A DNA stretch of 64,000 nt from Lentimonas sp. (GCA_039768155.1 JBDNAY010000018.1:7902-71901); one strand, 5' to 3'. Counted from the stretch's first letter, positions 47,666 through 57,136 are shown. Notes: generated by a model from the sequence alone, not told the origin. Numbers and translations are program-made.

Positions 47666-47697
47666 CAAAAAAAGCCGATCCACGTCGGATCGGCTTT
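47666..47697 (-). terminator. Rho-independent terminator of ptsH
   Basis: On the minus strand, AAGCCGATCC-gacg-TGGATCGGCTT is followed by a T7 run. Confidence 0.8.
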
Positions 47698-47719
47698 CAG
47701 CGTGAAATTGTTTAATTGC

Positions 47720-48025
47720 TTAGGCTTCTTCGAAGCGACGTTCGAAGAGGGCTTCAAGCTTGCCAAGCATGGATTCAGCGGAATCGGCATCACCTTCGGC
47801 GCGCACGACTAGCTTCGAGCCCTTACCAGCGGCTAACATCATGAGGCCCATGATGCTCTTGCCGTTGACTTGCTCATCGTCCTTTTCAACCCACACGTCA
47901 CCGGAGTAGGTGTTGGCGATGCGCACGATCATAGCTGCAGGACGTGCATGGATGCCCATCTTGTTTTGCACGATTAGTTCTTTGTGCATGGTTGTTTGTG
48001 AGTCGCTGGTTTCTGATGTGCTCAT
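47720..48025 (-). CDS. ptsH: HPr-family phosphocarrier protein
   Basis: GIHARPAA (His15 context) and NGKSIMGLMML (Ser46 context). Confidence 0.9.
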   Translation of the reverse strand: MSTSETSDSQTTMHKELIVQNKMGIHARPAAMIVRIANTYSGDVWVEKDDEQVNGKSIMGLMMLAAGKGSKLVVRAEGDADSAESMLGKLEALFERRFEEA

Positions 48026-48212
48026 GTGAGAGGCGGAAAAAACTAATTAATTCAGTATTAGCAAGATATAATCTAAATTGGGCTAGCAGCTAGTTAATTA
48101 ATAAGGATTCTAATTAAGTCTGCGAAGATTTTGACCGTCAAGGGGTAAAAATATACGTGATTGCTTGTAGCAGTGTTTTTCGCTGAAGGAAATCACTGAT
48201 GTGTGAATGCAC

Positions 48213-48241
48213 AAAAAAACCCTTCCAAGAAGGAAGGGCTT
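48213..48241 (-). terminator. Rho-independent terminator of the small basic protein gene
   Basis: On the minus strand, AAGCCCTTCC-ttct-TGGAAGGGTTT is followed by TTTTTTG. Confidence 0.75.
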
Positions 48242-48265
48242 TTAAAAATGTAAAGCAGTGTTGGC

Positions 48266-48424
48266 TTATTCTTCAGGCTTAGTCTTTTTAAGACCGACAA
48301 CGCGGTTGCCATCTTCCCACTCACCGCGTTTGCGGAGTAGGTCCACGCGTTCGAAACGCTTGAGGACTGTTCTGTTCTTCTTGCCGCCACCGCTGGTGGC
48401 CTTAAAGCTATTGTGTTGTGACAT
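48266..48424 (-). CDS. Small basic protein (52 aa), PVC-type; absent from the ORF track because it is under 60 aa
   Basis: Reads MSQHNSFKATSGGGKKNRTVLKRFERVDLLRKRGEWEDGNRVVGLKKTKPEE*. ATG start and its own terminator. Resembles the Verrucomicrobia/Planctomycetes small basic protein family as I recall it. Confidence 0.7.
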   Translation of the reverse strand: MSQHNSFKATSGGGKKNRTVLKRFERVDLLRKRGEWEDGNRVVGLKKTKPEE

Positions 48425-48590
48425 AGTGGGCTCTTTGTTAAAAGTTAAAGCGTTGAAATAAACGGGGTAGCGAACTAAAGATCAAGGACTAATCCGCTTA
48501 TTTTGCATGTTTTTCACGGTTTTTAAGGTGATTCTGTCGATAAATCGAGGTTGGCCGGTGGGGTGAAGTGTGAACGAACGTTAATTAGTG

Positions 48591-48620
48591 TTCATCTCTG
48601 CGGCGTGGCGCAGAGATGAA
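48591..48620 (+). promoter_or_regulatory. Perfect 12-bp hairpin in the crcB leader
   Basis: TTCATCTCTGCG-gcgtgg-CGCAGAGATGAA. The downstream GAGAT...ATCUC could pair with part of it as an alternative. Confidence 0.4.
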
Positions 48621-48741
48621 GGTGATCTCGTAATGGTGGAGAGCGAAACCTCTGGCTTGTCTATTTCTAGCGTGGCTTCGGATTCATGGCAGATTGAGAA
48701 GCAGACTTTACAGAGAGTGGCTTTCGAGCCAAGCAAGAGGG

Positions 48742-49128
48742 GTGCTAATTTTTTTCACAGCTATCGGGTGCGCGCTTGGCGGCATTCTGCGCTATCTATT
48801 GATGACCTGGGTCAACCGCTTGTGTGGCGAGGCGTTTCCTTGGGGCACGCTTGCGGTCAATGTCTTAGGTAGCTTTTTACTCGGACTCGTTCTTGGTGCA
48901 GGGAATACTACCGCGGATTCATGGCTGACGCTGCAGGGAGCTCATGCGTTTTCAGCGATCGGTTTCTGCGGCGGACTGACGACATTTTCTGCTTTTAGCC
49001 TGCAAACGCTGAATTTAGTTTCGAAACAGCAATGGGGGCGTGTGGCGGCCAATGCGTTTGGTAGTCTTGCGCTGTGTGCGCTGTGTGCGATCGCAGGCTA
49101 TGCGATTAGTGAGGGGCTGACCGTATGA
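48742..49128 (+). CDS. crcB: Fluoride channel CrcB/FluC, paralog 1
   Basis: A GTG start preceded by AAGAGGG gives (M)LIFFTAIGCALGGILRY. It also contains GFCGGLTTFSAFS, the CrcB signature. Confidence 0.85.
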   Translation: MLIFFTAIGCALGGILRYLLMTWVNRLCGEAFPWGTLAVNVLGSFLLGLVLGAGNTTADSWLTLQGAHAFSAIGFCGGLTTFSAFSLQTLNLVSKQQWGRVAANAFGSLALCALCAIAGYAISEGLTV

Positions 49129-49532
49129 AGCAGCTGTTGTGGATCGGACTCGGTAGTGCCTTGGGTGGCAGCCTGCGCTATCTCTTAGATTTGTTGGCCT
49201 TGCAGATTGGTTTCGGTAGCTTTTCGCCGGCGACTCTCGTGATCAATCTGACTGGCTCGGCATTGATCGGCTGGTTAGCTGGACGCTGGGCGACCGAAGG
49301 TGCCATTGCGCCACACCCACACCGATTTCATTTCTGGATGACGGGTTTTTGTGGCGGTTATACCACCTTTTCGACCTTCACATGGCAAATCGTGGATTTG
49401 GTCAACAATGGTGAAGGGCAGTTGGCAGGATTTTATGCCGCGGCGAGCTTTGGTTTCGGCCTCGTTGCCGTATGGCTTGGTTTGTCACTGGCGGTGCGTG
49501 GGCGGATGAGCGACCCGAAGGATGCGCCATAA
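49125..49532 (+). CDS. crcB: Fluoride channel CrcB/FluC, paralog 2
   Basis: MKQLLWIGLGSALGGSLRY and GFCGGYTTFSTFT, with a 4-nt ATGA overlap with paralog 1. Confidence 0.85.
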   Translation: MKQLLWIGLGSALGGSLRYLLDLLALQIGFGSFSPATLVINLTGSALIGWLAGRWATEGAIAPHPHRFHFWMTGFCGGYTTFSTFTWQIVDLVNNGEGQLAGFYAAASFGFGLVAVWLGLSLAVRGRMSDPKDAP

Positions 49533-49563
49533 TCAAACTTGCCTTAATCTTACTCGTAATCTG

Positions 49564-49623
49564 AATCCTAATCTCTTTTCATCTGACATAGAATTCGAGT
49601 GCGATTAGGATTAATTTTTTTTT
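49564..49623 (+). terminator. Candidate terminator: 10-bp inverted repeat plus T9 run abutting the psd ATG
   Basis: AATCCTAATC at 49564-49573 pairs with GATTAGGATT at 49603-49612, followed by AATTTTTTTTT. The loop is long, so confidence is low. Confidence 0.35.
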
Positions 49624-50535
49624 ATGAACCCAAACGAACAATTTGATGCACCGATTACTTTTTACGATCGCCACACCGGTGAAGTAGAGACTGAGGAGAT
49701 TTATGGTGAAGGTTTTTTGCGCTGGGCGTATGGCAATCCATTTGGTCGCTTGACAGTTGCAGTAGCTGTGAAGCGGTTGTGGTTTTCACGTTGGTATGGC
49801 TGGCGGATGGATCGCCCAATCAGTCAAGATAAGGTGCAGCCGTTCATTAAAGACTACGACGTCGACATTGCTGAGTTTGCTGATCCGGTGGACAGCTATC
49901 ACAGCTTTAATCAGTTTTTTTATCGTAAATTGAAACCTACGGCGCGTCCGATTGCGGATGGTGCAGAGGTCGCCGTCTTTCCTGCAGATGGTCGACACCT
50001 AGCCATTCAAGATCTCAATGCGACCGATCAATTCTATATCAAAGGGCAACGCTTTGATCTTGCGAAGTTTCTCGGTGACGACGCCTTGGCTAAAGAGTTC
50101 GCAGGTGGCTCTGTGTTGATTTCACGCCTCTGCCCAGTGGATTATCACCGCTATCATTTTCCAGTGTCAGGTGCTGCGAGTGAATCAAAAATCCTAGACG
50201 GTAGCTTACGCTCGGTTAGCCCATTGGCGCTGCGTCGTCGTTTAGCGATTCTTTGGGAAAACCGTCGTGCACGGACTGTAGTCGATTCCCCTGAGTTTGG
50301 CAAAGTCGCCGTTATGGAAGTCGGTGCAACCTGTGTCGGCGGTATGCATTCAACCTTCACGGCGGGAGCGGTGAAGAAGGGCGCTGATAAAGGTTATTTC
50401 TCCTTTGGTGGTTCTTGTGTGACCACGGTCTTTAAAAAGGGCGCGATACAATTTGATGAGGATCTAAACACGCACGCCGCCGAAGGTCGCGAAGTGTATG
50501 CGAAGATGGGCGAACGGTGTGGTGTGACGGGGTGA
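49624..50535 (+). CDS. psd: Phosphatidylserine decarboxylase proenzyme
   Basis: [27 protein letters not shown] and the self-cleavage context [10 protein letters not shown]. Confidence 0.85.
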   Translation: MNPNEQFDAPITFYDRHTGEVETEEIYGEGFLRWAYGNPFGRLTVAVAVKRLWFSRWYGWRMDRPISQDKVQPFIKDYDVDIAEFADPVDSYHSFNQFFYRKLKPTARPIADGAEVAVFPADGRHLAIQDLNATDQFYIKGQRFDLAKFLGDDALAKEFAGGSVLISRLCPVDYHRYHFPVSGAASESKILDGSLRSVSPLALRRRLAILWENRRARTVVDSPEFGKVAVMEVGATCVGGMHSTFTAGAVKKGADKGYFSFGGSCVTTVFKKGAIQFDEDLNTHAAEGREVYAKMGERCGVTG

Positions 50536-50773
50536 ATTTTTAGTCCGATCCTTACTGATAATCTCTTGTGTTGGACATCCACTAGACGCAGTGCAAAAGA
50601 CGGTCGCAGAGTGCCTTGGCTACATTTTGAAACCTTTGTAGCCGAAACGGTAACGTTTTGGTCAGACTGTAGTATTTTTGAGACTGTTTCTAAGCTTGGA
50701 CGCCACGATGTTGCAGTCACATTAACGCGCATTCACGTCCATTAACGGTTCTTCAATTCCTTATTCATTACAC

Positions 50774-50804
50774 AAAAAAGGCCGCGGTAAATACCGCGGC
50801 CTTT
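50774..50804 (-). terminator. Rho-independent terminator of the pnt operon
   Basis: On the minus strand, AAAGGCCGCGG-tattta-CCGCGGCCTTT is followed by TTTTGTG. Confidence 0.8.
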
Positions 50805-50824
50805 GTGTTGGAAACTTGATTCGT

Positions 50825-52258
50825 TTACGCTTCTTTGAACTGTGCGACGAGTCCAGTGACGGTGGCTTTAGCATCGCCGTAGATCATGCGCGTATTGGGT
50901 GCAGTGAAAAGGGCGTTTTCTAAACCAGAGAAGCCCGCGCCTTTACCGCGCTTGAGGCAGAAAGTGGTTTTGGCTTTGTGAGCATTGATGATCGGCATGC
51001 CGTAGATGGGGCTACCAGGGTCGTCCGCTGCGGCTGGATTCACTACGTCATTGGCACCAATAACGATGGCGACGTCGACCATTTCAATAGTTGGATTCAC
51101 GTCGTCCATTTCGCAAAGTTGCTCGTAAGGCACATCCGCTTCTGCAAGCAGCACATTCATGTGGCCTGGCATGCGTCCCGCAACTGGGTGAATCGCATAG
51201 CGCATTTCACAGCCATTTTTTTCGAGGATTTCACCGAGCTCTTTCACGGCGTGTTGCGCTTGGGCGACTGCCATTCCGTAGCCGGGAATCACTATCACGT
51301 TCTTCGCCGCTTCGAGAATGTAATACGCATCCTCGACCGAGACAGGTTTCATTTCGCCAGTGCTGGTGCCGCTAGAGGATTGTGCGGTGGCACCGAAGCC
51401 CGAGAAGAGCACGTTGACCAAGGTGCGGTTCATCGCCTTACACATAATCACAGTAAGGATCAGGCCCGAGGCGCCGACTAAACAGCCCGCAACGATGAGC
51501 ACATTGTTTTGAATCACGAAACCAGCGGCGCAGGCAGCAAGGCCTGAGCAGGAGTTTAACAGTGAGATCACAACTGGCATGTCACCGCCACCGATGGGCA
51601 TGACTGCAAAGATGCCGAGTAGCAACGAAAGCACGATGACTGTAATTAGCATCGGATAACCGAGTGAACCAGTGGGATCGATTGCGAAGACAACGCCTGT
51701 GGCAATAATGCCGAGTGCGAGTAACGCGTTGAATGCTTTTTGTGCTGGGAAGGTGAGGGCACGTCCGCTTAGTTTGCCGGAAAGTTTACCCCAAGCATAC
51801 ATCGAACCCGTAAAGGTGATGCCGCCGATTAAAATCGCGAGCACAGTGACGGTCGCCGTGAAGCTTGAAAAAGCCTCAATCTCAAGACCGATTATAGATG
51901 CGGGTTTAGTGGTCTTTATTTCAATCCATGAGGCATATATACGTTGATACTCAGCCCAACCGACGAGTAGCGATGCGAGGCCCCCGAAGCCATTGAAGAG
52001 GGCGACGAGCTCAGGCATACCTGTCATTTGCACCCGCTTCGCGCCAACAAAACCGATCGCGCTGCCGACAGCGAGCGCGGCAATGACTAGCTTTAGATCG
52101 AGACCGCTTTCTAGGAGTGTGACTAGGATCGCGAGGCCCATGCCGAAAGAGGAGAGGAGGTTGCCTTTGCGGGCGGTCGCTGCGTTGCCGAGCATCTTAA
52201 TGCCAAAGACAAAAAGGATCGAGGCGACGATGTAAGAGAGATTAACTAAATTTTCCAT
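50825..52258 (-). CDS. pntB: NAD(P) transhydrogenase subunit beta
   Basis: N-terminal multi-TM domain plus the C-terminal dIII NADP(H)-binding domain (GYGMAVAQAQH..., VIGANDVVNPAA). Confidence 0.9.
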   Translation of the reverse strand: MENLVNLSYIVASILFVFGIKMLGNAATARKGNLLSSFGMGLAILVTLLESGLDLKLVIAALAVGSAIGFVGAKRVQMTGMPELVALFNGFGGLASLLVGWAEYQRIYASWIEIKTTKPASIIGLEIEAFSSFTATVTVLAILIGGITFTGSMYAWGKLSGKLSGRALTFPAQKAFNALLALGIIATGVVFAIDPTGSLGYPMLITVIVLSLLLGIFAVMPIGGGDMPVVISLLNSCSGLAACAAGFVIQNNVLIVAGCLVGASGLILTVIMCKAMNRTLVNVLFSGFGATAQSSSGTSTGEMKPVSVEDAYYILEAAKNVIVIPGYGMAVAQAQHAVKELGEILEKNGCEMRYAIHPVAGRMPGHMNVLLAEADVPYEQLCEMDDVNPTIEMVDVAIVIGANDVVNPAAADDPGSPIYGMPIINAHKAKTTFCLKRGKGAGFSGLENALFTAPNTRMIYGDAKATVTGLVAQFKEA

Positions 52259-52263
52259 TCGAT

Positions 52264-52298
52264 GTTCAAAGTTGGACGTTCAATGTTCGATGTGCGCG
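52264..52298. repeat. GTTC/GTTG heptad array between pntAB and pntB
   Basis: GTTCAAA GTTGGAC GTTCAAT GTTCGAT GTGC, with words at 52264, 52271, 52278, 52285 and 52292. An 18-mer here is the reverse complement, with one mismatch, of one in the 15293 array. Confidence 0.65.
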
Positions 52299-52305
52299 TA
52301 GCGCG

Positions 52306-52584
52306 TTATTTCTTCTTTTTAAACATGCCGAGCATGCGGTCGGTGACCATGTAGCCGCCGACTACATTGATAGTGGCGAGCACGATGGCGGCGAAGCCGA
52401 GCCAAACGGAAAGAGAGTCGCCACCTGTTCGAATCGCGAGGATCGCGCCGACAACTGTGATGCCAGAAATCGCATTAGATCCAGACATGAGTGGCGTGTG
52501 CAATTGCGAGGGCACTTTAGCGATGAGCTCAAAGCCGAGGAAGGCGGCTAGCACGAAGATGAAAAGTAAGAGTGTGAGTTCCAT
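52306..52584 (-). CDS. pntA: NAD(P) transhydrogenase subunit alpha part 2
   Basis: A 92-aa protein with three TM helices and the motif LHTPLMSGSNAISGI. Confidence 0.85.
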   Translation of the reverse strand: MELTLLLFIFVLAAFLGFELIAKVPSQLHTPLMSGSNAISGITVVGAILAIRTGGDSLSVWLGFAAIVLATINVVGGYMVTDRMLGMFKKKK

Positions 52585-52590
52585 GAAATT

Positions 52591-52675
52591 GTTGGTTGAA
52601 AGTTGTTGGTTGTTAGATGGTAGCTATTTGCTGACGTTCAGTTCGAACAACGTGCAATAAACAACTATCAACAAT
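52591..52675. repeat. GTTG heptads (left) and CAAC heptads (right) in the pntAA-pntAB spacer
   Basis: Left half has GTTG at 52595, 52602 and 52609, and a second series at 52591, 52605 and 52612. Right half has CAAC/CAAT at 52648, 52655, 52662 and 52669. Confidence 0.55.
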
Positions 52676-53805
52676 TAGCTCTTAAAGCGCTCGTGGACGA
52701 TCTTTCCGTCTTTGGTGATGAGGCAACCGTTGAGGATCTCGTCTTCGGTGTCGTATTTGAAATCCTTGGTTTCGGTATTCCAGAAGTGTTCGATCAAGTT
52801 GTAAAAATTCGATGCGAGCATGAGAGTGGCATCCTTCGGATAGTAACCCTCGAGGTTTTTATGGCCGAGGATACGGACACCGTTATCAGTGACGACTTCT
52901 TCGCCGACTTTCGAGCCTTCGACGTTGCCGCCAGACTCAACTGCGAGATCGACTAAGACGCTGCCACGTTGCATTTGATCGAGGACGTCTTTGTTGAGAA
53001 TGAGCGGTGCCTTGCGGCCGAAGAGTTTGGCGGTTGTAATGACGACATCCGCACGAGCGCAGGCTTTTGCCATTTCGAGGCGTTGCTTTTCGAGCTGCTC
53101 AGGAGTGAGCTCTTTGGCGTAGCCTTGATCAGTCTGGCCGGTGTCGCCGAGATCGACCTTCACAAACTTTGCACCGAGTGATTTGACCTGTTCTTCAACC
53201 ACAGGGCGTGTGTCGAATGCTTCAACGCGAGCACCAAGGCGTTTTGCTGTTGCGATGGCTTGTAGGCCAGCAACGCCAACACCGATGATGAAGAAGCGTG
53301 CGGGGGAGATGGTGCCAGATGGCGTCATCATCATTGGCAGAATCTTTGTCATGCGATCCGCGGCCATGGTGACGGCTGCGTAACCTGCGAGATTCGCCTG
53401 AGAGGAGAGGGCGTCCATCTTCTGCGCGAGTGTGCTGCGCGGGATCATTTCAAGGCTGATCGAAGCGATGTCGCGCTTGGCTAGATCTTGGATCAGTGCG
53501 GTTTCGTTAAATGGATCAAGAAAGCTGATGTGCAATGTGCCGGCTTTGACCATTTCGAGGTCTTCAGCTTCTGGTTTACGCACACGGGTGATGATATCGG
53601 CTTGCTCGTAACCACTCTTGGCGTCGGCGACGATTGTTGCGCCTGCGGCAACGTATTCTGCGTCGGAATAGTCGGACTGTATTCCAGCTCCTTCTTGGAC
53701 GAGGACCTCGATTCCTAGGTCGACGAGTTTTTTAGCGGTTGTTGGAGCAATGGCCGCCCGAGCTTCAGCTGAGTGCGTTTCTTTGGGAGCGAATAAGCGC
53801 TTCAT
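52675..53805 (-). CDS. pntA: NAD(P) transhydrogenase subunit alpha part 1 (dI domain)
   Basis: Alanine dehydrogenase/PNT N- and C-domains with the Rossmann motif IIGVGVAGLQAIATAKRLGA. Confidence 0.9.
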   Translation of the reverse strand: MKRLFAPKETHSAEARAAIAPTTAKKLVDLGIEVLVQEGAGIQSDYSDAEYVAAGATIVADAKSGYEQADIITRVRKPEAEDLEMVKAGTLHISFLDPFNETALIQDLAKRDIASISLEMIPRSTLAQKMDALSSQANLAGYAAVTMAADRMTKILPMMMTPSGTISPARFFIIGVGVAGLQAIATAKRLGARVEAFDTRPVVEEQVKSLGAKFVKVDLGDTGQTDQGYAKELTPEQLEKQRLEMAKACARADVVITTAKLFGRKAPLILNKDVLDQMQRGSVLVDLAVESGGNVEGSKVGEEVVTDNGVRILGHKNLEGYYPKDATLMLASNFYNLIEHFWNTETKDFKYDTEDEILNGCLITKDGKIVHERFKS

Positions 53806-54101
53806 TGTGATTTTTCGTTAAGTCAAACTTATAGATTTTTCAAAAAACTATAAGGAGAGTTAATTGGTGGCAAGCGAATTTGAATAGATGCGTCGGTCAT
53901 TTTGTGTGATTCGCACAGTCATGTCCAAATAAAAGAACCGTTCCATTGATTAGCAGGGGCGTCTACTTAAGGCCTTCTTTTGCCTGTAGTAGACGGTTTT
54001 GCTGTTTATCACGCACAATCACGACTGCTTATGATTATTCTAGATCTTGTCGGAATAAGTTTAGTCGTTTTGCTTCCTACAGTTTTTAACAACCATAGCC
54101 T

Positions 54102-54515
54102 ATGGCACATTCGAAATTATCTACACCGCTCTCAATTTTCAGTTGGGTCTGCCAAATCGCAGCTGCCATTATCCTTTTTCAGACATTGTTCTTTAAATTC
54201 ACTGGAGCTGCTGAATCGGTCTATATTTTTGAGCAAGTGGGGATAGAGCCCTACGGTCGCTATGCGTCAGGTGTGGCTGAGCTGATTGCTGGAGCCTTAT
54301 TACTCATTCCGCGCCTGTCATGGGCTGGGGCCGCGCTTGCGATTTCAGTTATGCTGGGTGCGATTGCCTCGCACTTAACTGTTTTAGGTATCGTGGTGCT
54401 GGATGATGGTGGTTTCTTATTCACCTTCGCTGTGATTGTCACCATTTGCTCAGCAATCGTGCTTTGGCTACGTAGAGGTGTGGTTCTTTCACTGGTTTCT
54501 CAAATACGAAAGTAG
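54102..54515 (+). CDS. DoxX-family membrane protein
   Basis: 137 aa with four TM helices and the pattern ...FKFTGAAESVYIFEQVG...GVAELIAGALLLIP. Confidence 0.7.
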   Translation: MAHSKLSTPLSIFSWVCQIAAAIILFQTLFFKFTGAAESVYIFEQVGIEPYGRYASGVAELIAGALLLIPRLSWAGAALAISVMLGAIASHLTVLGIVVLDDGGFLFTFAVIVTICSAIVLWLRRGVVLSLVSQIRK

Positions 54516-54734
54516 GCTTTTGAACATGCCTCTAGACACGTCCGCCCTAGCCTTGGATTAGGAGGGCGAGGGCGCGTTTCCTTGGGACTTAACATGGCCT
54601 ATGCTAAGCAAAGAACCGCATTCTACATAATTCCAGTCGCTCTTCATAGAAGACTGATTTCTGTATTCGGACTCTTGAATTAATGTTTGTCACTTGCGGG
54701 TTGAATTTTTTCCGTTTCCTCGCAGCTTAACCAC

Positions 54735-55580
54735 ATGTTTCGTATTCTCTGTGCTAGTTTAATTGTTTTTTCTTCGCTCCTTTCTGCTGAGCCTGTTGCT
54801 GTGCAGGGGCGTGTGATGGAAGCCTTGGCAGATTCTCGGGAGTATCGTATCGAGCTCGATGCGCCCTCTGCAAAACTACTGGAAATGGAAGCATCGCAAG
54901 TATTTCGCGTTGGTTTAGGTGACGCCGAACTTGATTACACTGGCCGCACCATCCGTGCAGATGCAGTATTTTATAATAAGCTGTGGCACCTAGAACGGAT
55001 CTATCCGGTAGATGGCCTTGGCGCAAAGGCGATGCACGACGTGAATAAGCGATTGCATCAAGCGACCGCTACGATGAGTCGTCGTAAGTATGTCAAGCAG
55101 GGGGATTATATTCCAAATTTTTCTATGATCGATCAAGATGGAAAATTCTTACAGATTCGGGAACTTCAAGGGAATGCGTTTGTGCTCAATTTTATTTTTA
55201 CGCGATGCACCGTGCCGACAATGTGCCCAGCATCCACAACGCGCATGTCGGAGCTCCAGGCGAGTGCGCGTGAGGCGGGCTTGGACGATCTGCATTTCGT
55301 CACGATCACCTTCGATCCCGAATTCGATTCACCAGGGATTCTTCGCCAATATGCAAAGGGCTATGGTATCGAGCTTGAGAACTTCCACTTATTGACCGGC
55401 ACTGATCAGATCGTTCAAGATTTACTACGTCAGTTTGGTATTTTGACGATGGATGAAGATGGCACGATCAACCACACTATGGCGACCTTGCTTGTGGATG
55501 ATAAAGGGCGTGTTGCCTTTCGCAAAGAGGGTGCCAGTTGGACGGCTAAAGATTTCTTAGAAGCGGCTACAACGCTGTAA
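54735..55580 (+). CDS. SCO1/SenC-family thioredoxin-like copper chaperone with N-terminal extension
   Basis: FVLNFIFTRCTVPTMCP (CxxxC), the conserved His context INHTMATLLVD, and a signal peptide. Confidence 0.8.
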   Translation: MFRILCASLIVFSSLLSAEPVAVQGRVMEALADSREYRIELDAPSAKLLEMEASQVFRVGLGDAELDYTGRTIRADAVFYNKLWHLERIYPVDGLGAKAMHDVNKRLHQATATMSRRKYVKQGDYIPNFSMIDQDGKFLQIRELQGNAFVLNFIFTRCTVPTMCPASTTRMSELQASAREAGLDDLHFVTITFDPEFDSPGILRQYAKGYGIELENFHLLTGTDQIVQDLLRQFGILTMDEDGTINHTMATLLVDDKGRVAFRKEGASWTAKDFLEAATTL

Positions 55581-55597
55581 TAATACTGAACAAAATT

Positions 55598-56521
55598 ATG
55601 TCAGAAGAATCATCAACAGCTCCGTTGAAAGGGAAATGGATTCGCATTGCGTCAATCAGTGTTGTGTTTGTCGCGGCCTTTTTCTTTTTACGCTCATTAC
55701 CTGATGCGGAATGCGGCTTTCTTCACTACATTGAAATCGTAAATGCAGATGGTGAGATCGAGCTTTGCGCGACAAATCATGCAGGCTTCTTAGACTTAAC
55801 TGCTTTAAAATATCCGGTAGAGATCGAATTAAAATCTGAGCCATTAAAGGTCGGTCAAACCGAGCCGGTCAGTTTGTTTCTAGAAACGTCGGGCGGTATG
55901 AGCATGGCGGCGCACGAGTTAGCGGTGACGCATACGGAGAAGATGCACCTCATGGTGATTGATCCTTCTTTTGAGGATTATCATCACCTGCATCCGACAC
56001 CAGTTGGTTTGGACGGTCGCTACGATTTTGAATTTACCCCGAAAAAAACAGGTGAGTATCGTGTATTTGCTGAAGTGGTGCCGGTAATGAGTCGTCGTCA
56101 GGCAATCGCAACGAATGTGATCGAAGTGCCTGGATCTTCTGAGAAACCAACATTTTCTTTATCTACAGAATCGATTGTCGATGGTGTGCATTTTCGATTA
56201 GGAGATTTACCAGATGCCTTGAAAGTCGGACGCGACTATCAATTTGCGCTCGAAGTCGCTGGTGCAGATGGAGGTCCGGTAGCCCTTGAAACTGTGATGG
56301 ATGCAAAGGGACACATGGTTGCTTTTGACGCCGAAGGTCGTGGATTTGCACACATGCACCCGATAGACAGTATTGCTGAAGCGCGCTCTGAAGAAACTGC
56401 TGGTGGTAACGAACTCTCATTTTTGTTCAACGTCCCGAATCCGGGTTGGTATCGACTCTTTGCTCAGATACAGGTCGATGGTGAGGCGGTCTTTGGTCGT
56501 TTTGATCTGGAAGTACAGTAG
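55598..56521 (+). CDS. Membrane-anchored hypothetical protein with two repeats carrying H-x-HP motifs (putative metal binding)
   Basis: An N-terminal TM, then MHLMVIDPSFEDYHHLHP and GHMVAFDAEGRGFAHMHP, each in a beta-sandwich-like repeat. It starts 17 nt after the SCO gene. Confidence 0.65.
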   Translation: MSEESSTAPLKGKWIRIASISVVFVAAFFFLRSLPDAECGFLHYIEIVNADGEIELCATNHAGFLDLTALKYPVEIELKSEPLKVGQTEPVSLFLETSGGMSMAAHELAVTHTEKMHLMVIDPSFEDYHHLHPTPVGLDGRYDFEFTPKKTGEYRVFAEVVPVMSRRQAIATNVIEVPGSSEKPTFSLSTESIVDGVHFRLGDLPDALKVGRDYQFALEVAGADGGPVALETVMDAKGHMVAFDAEGRGFAHMHPIDSIAEARSEETAGGNELSFLFNVPNPGWYRLFAQIQVDGEAVFGRFDLEVQ

Positions 56522-56566
56522 TTACTTTGCGTTGCAGTCGGCCAGCAATTATGGCAGTATGACCCT

Positions 56567-57103
56567 ATGAAAACTTTTGAAGATTTTGTAGCGAGTCGCG
56601 AACAGTTGGACCCTTCCGCTCGTAAGATGACAGAGCATCAATGGGAACAAGCGTATGCCGCCTATCGCAGTTCACGTGAACGCGTCAGAAAGTCTGCTAC
56701 GTCAGGAGAGTCGAAGGGGAGTGGTGTAAGCCAATCAAAACGTATGCAAAGCTCATCGGTGCGCTCACGAGGCACGCATCAAGCATCGTCTGCCACAGGT
56801 GCCAGTGCTCTGCGTCAGCAAGTCCGCGCGCAGTCGGCTTACGGTGACTTTCGACTAATGATTGATCTTCTCGTGTGGGTTGTGATCGGTGTCATTATTG
56901 TGGAGACATTATTTAAGATGTCGATGATGACCAATGTGTATGTAACAATGTCTTCTTTGCCTGAAGGCGCGATTGGTGTGCTAATCGCCTATATTTCCAA
57001 ACACCTGATTCACGTAGTTATCGATATTCCAGACATCGCTTTATACCAAAGTCAAAAAGAGCAGAGGCATACGGTAAGTCGCGGCGACGAGTCTGCTAGT
57101 TGA
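56567..57103 (+). CDS. Hypothetical protein, S/R-rich middle and two C-terminal TM helices
   Basis: 178-aa ORF with an ATG start. No family recognised. Confidence 0.5.
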   Translation: MKTFEDFVASREQLDPSARKMTEHQWEQAYAAYRSSRERVRKSATSGESKGSGVSQSKRMQSSSVRSRGTHQASSATGASALRQQVRAQSAYGDFRLMIDLLVWVVIGVIIVETLFKMSMMTNVYVTMSSLPEGAIGVLIAYISKHLIHVVIDIPDIALYQSQKEQRHTVSRGDESAS

Positions 57104-57136
57104 TCTGGGCTGTTGTGTAGAGATGTAACTAAGGTT

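Noticed and set aside
48540-48741. Fluoride (crcB-motif) riboswitch upstream of the crcB pair
   Set aside because: This is the expected location, but I could not find the conserved P1/pseudoknot and AAAC.GC...UGAUG..CCUAC elements by eye. I did not call it as a feature and left it as a question in the findings.
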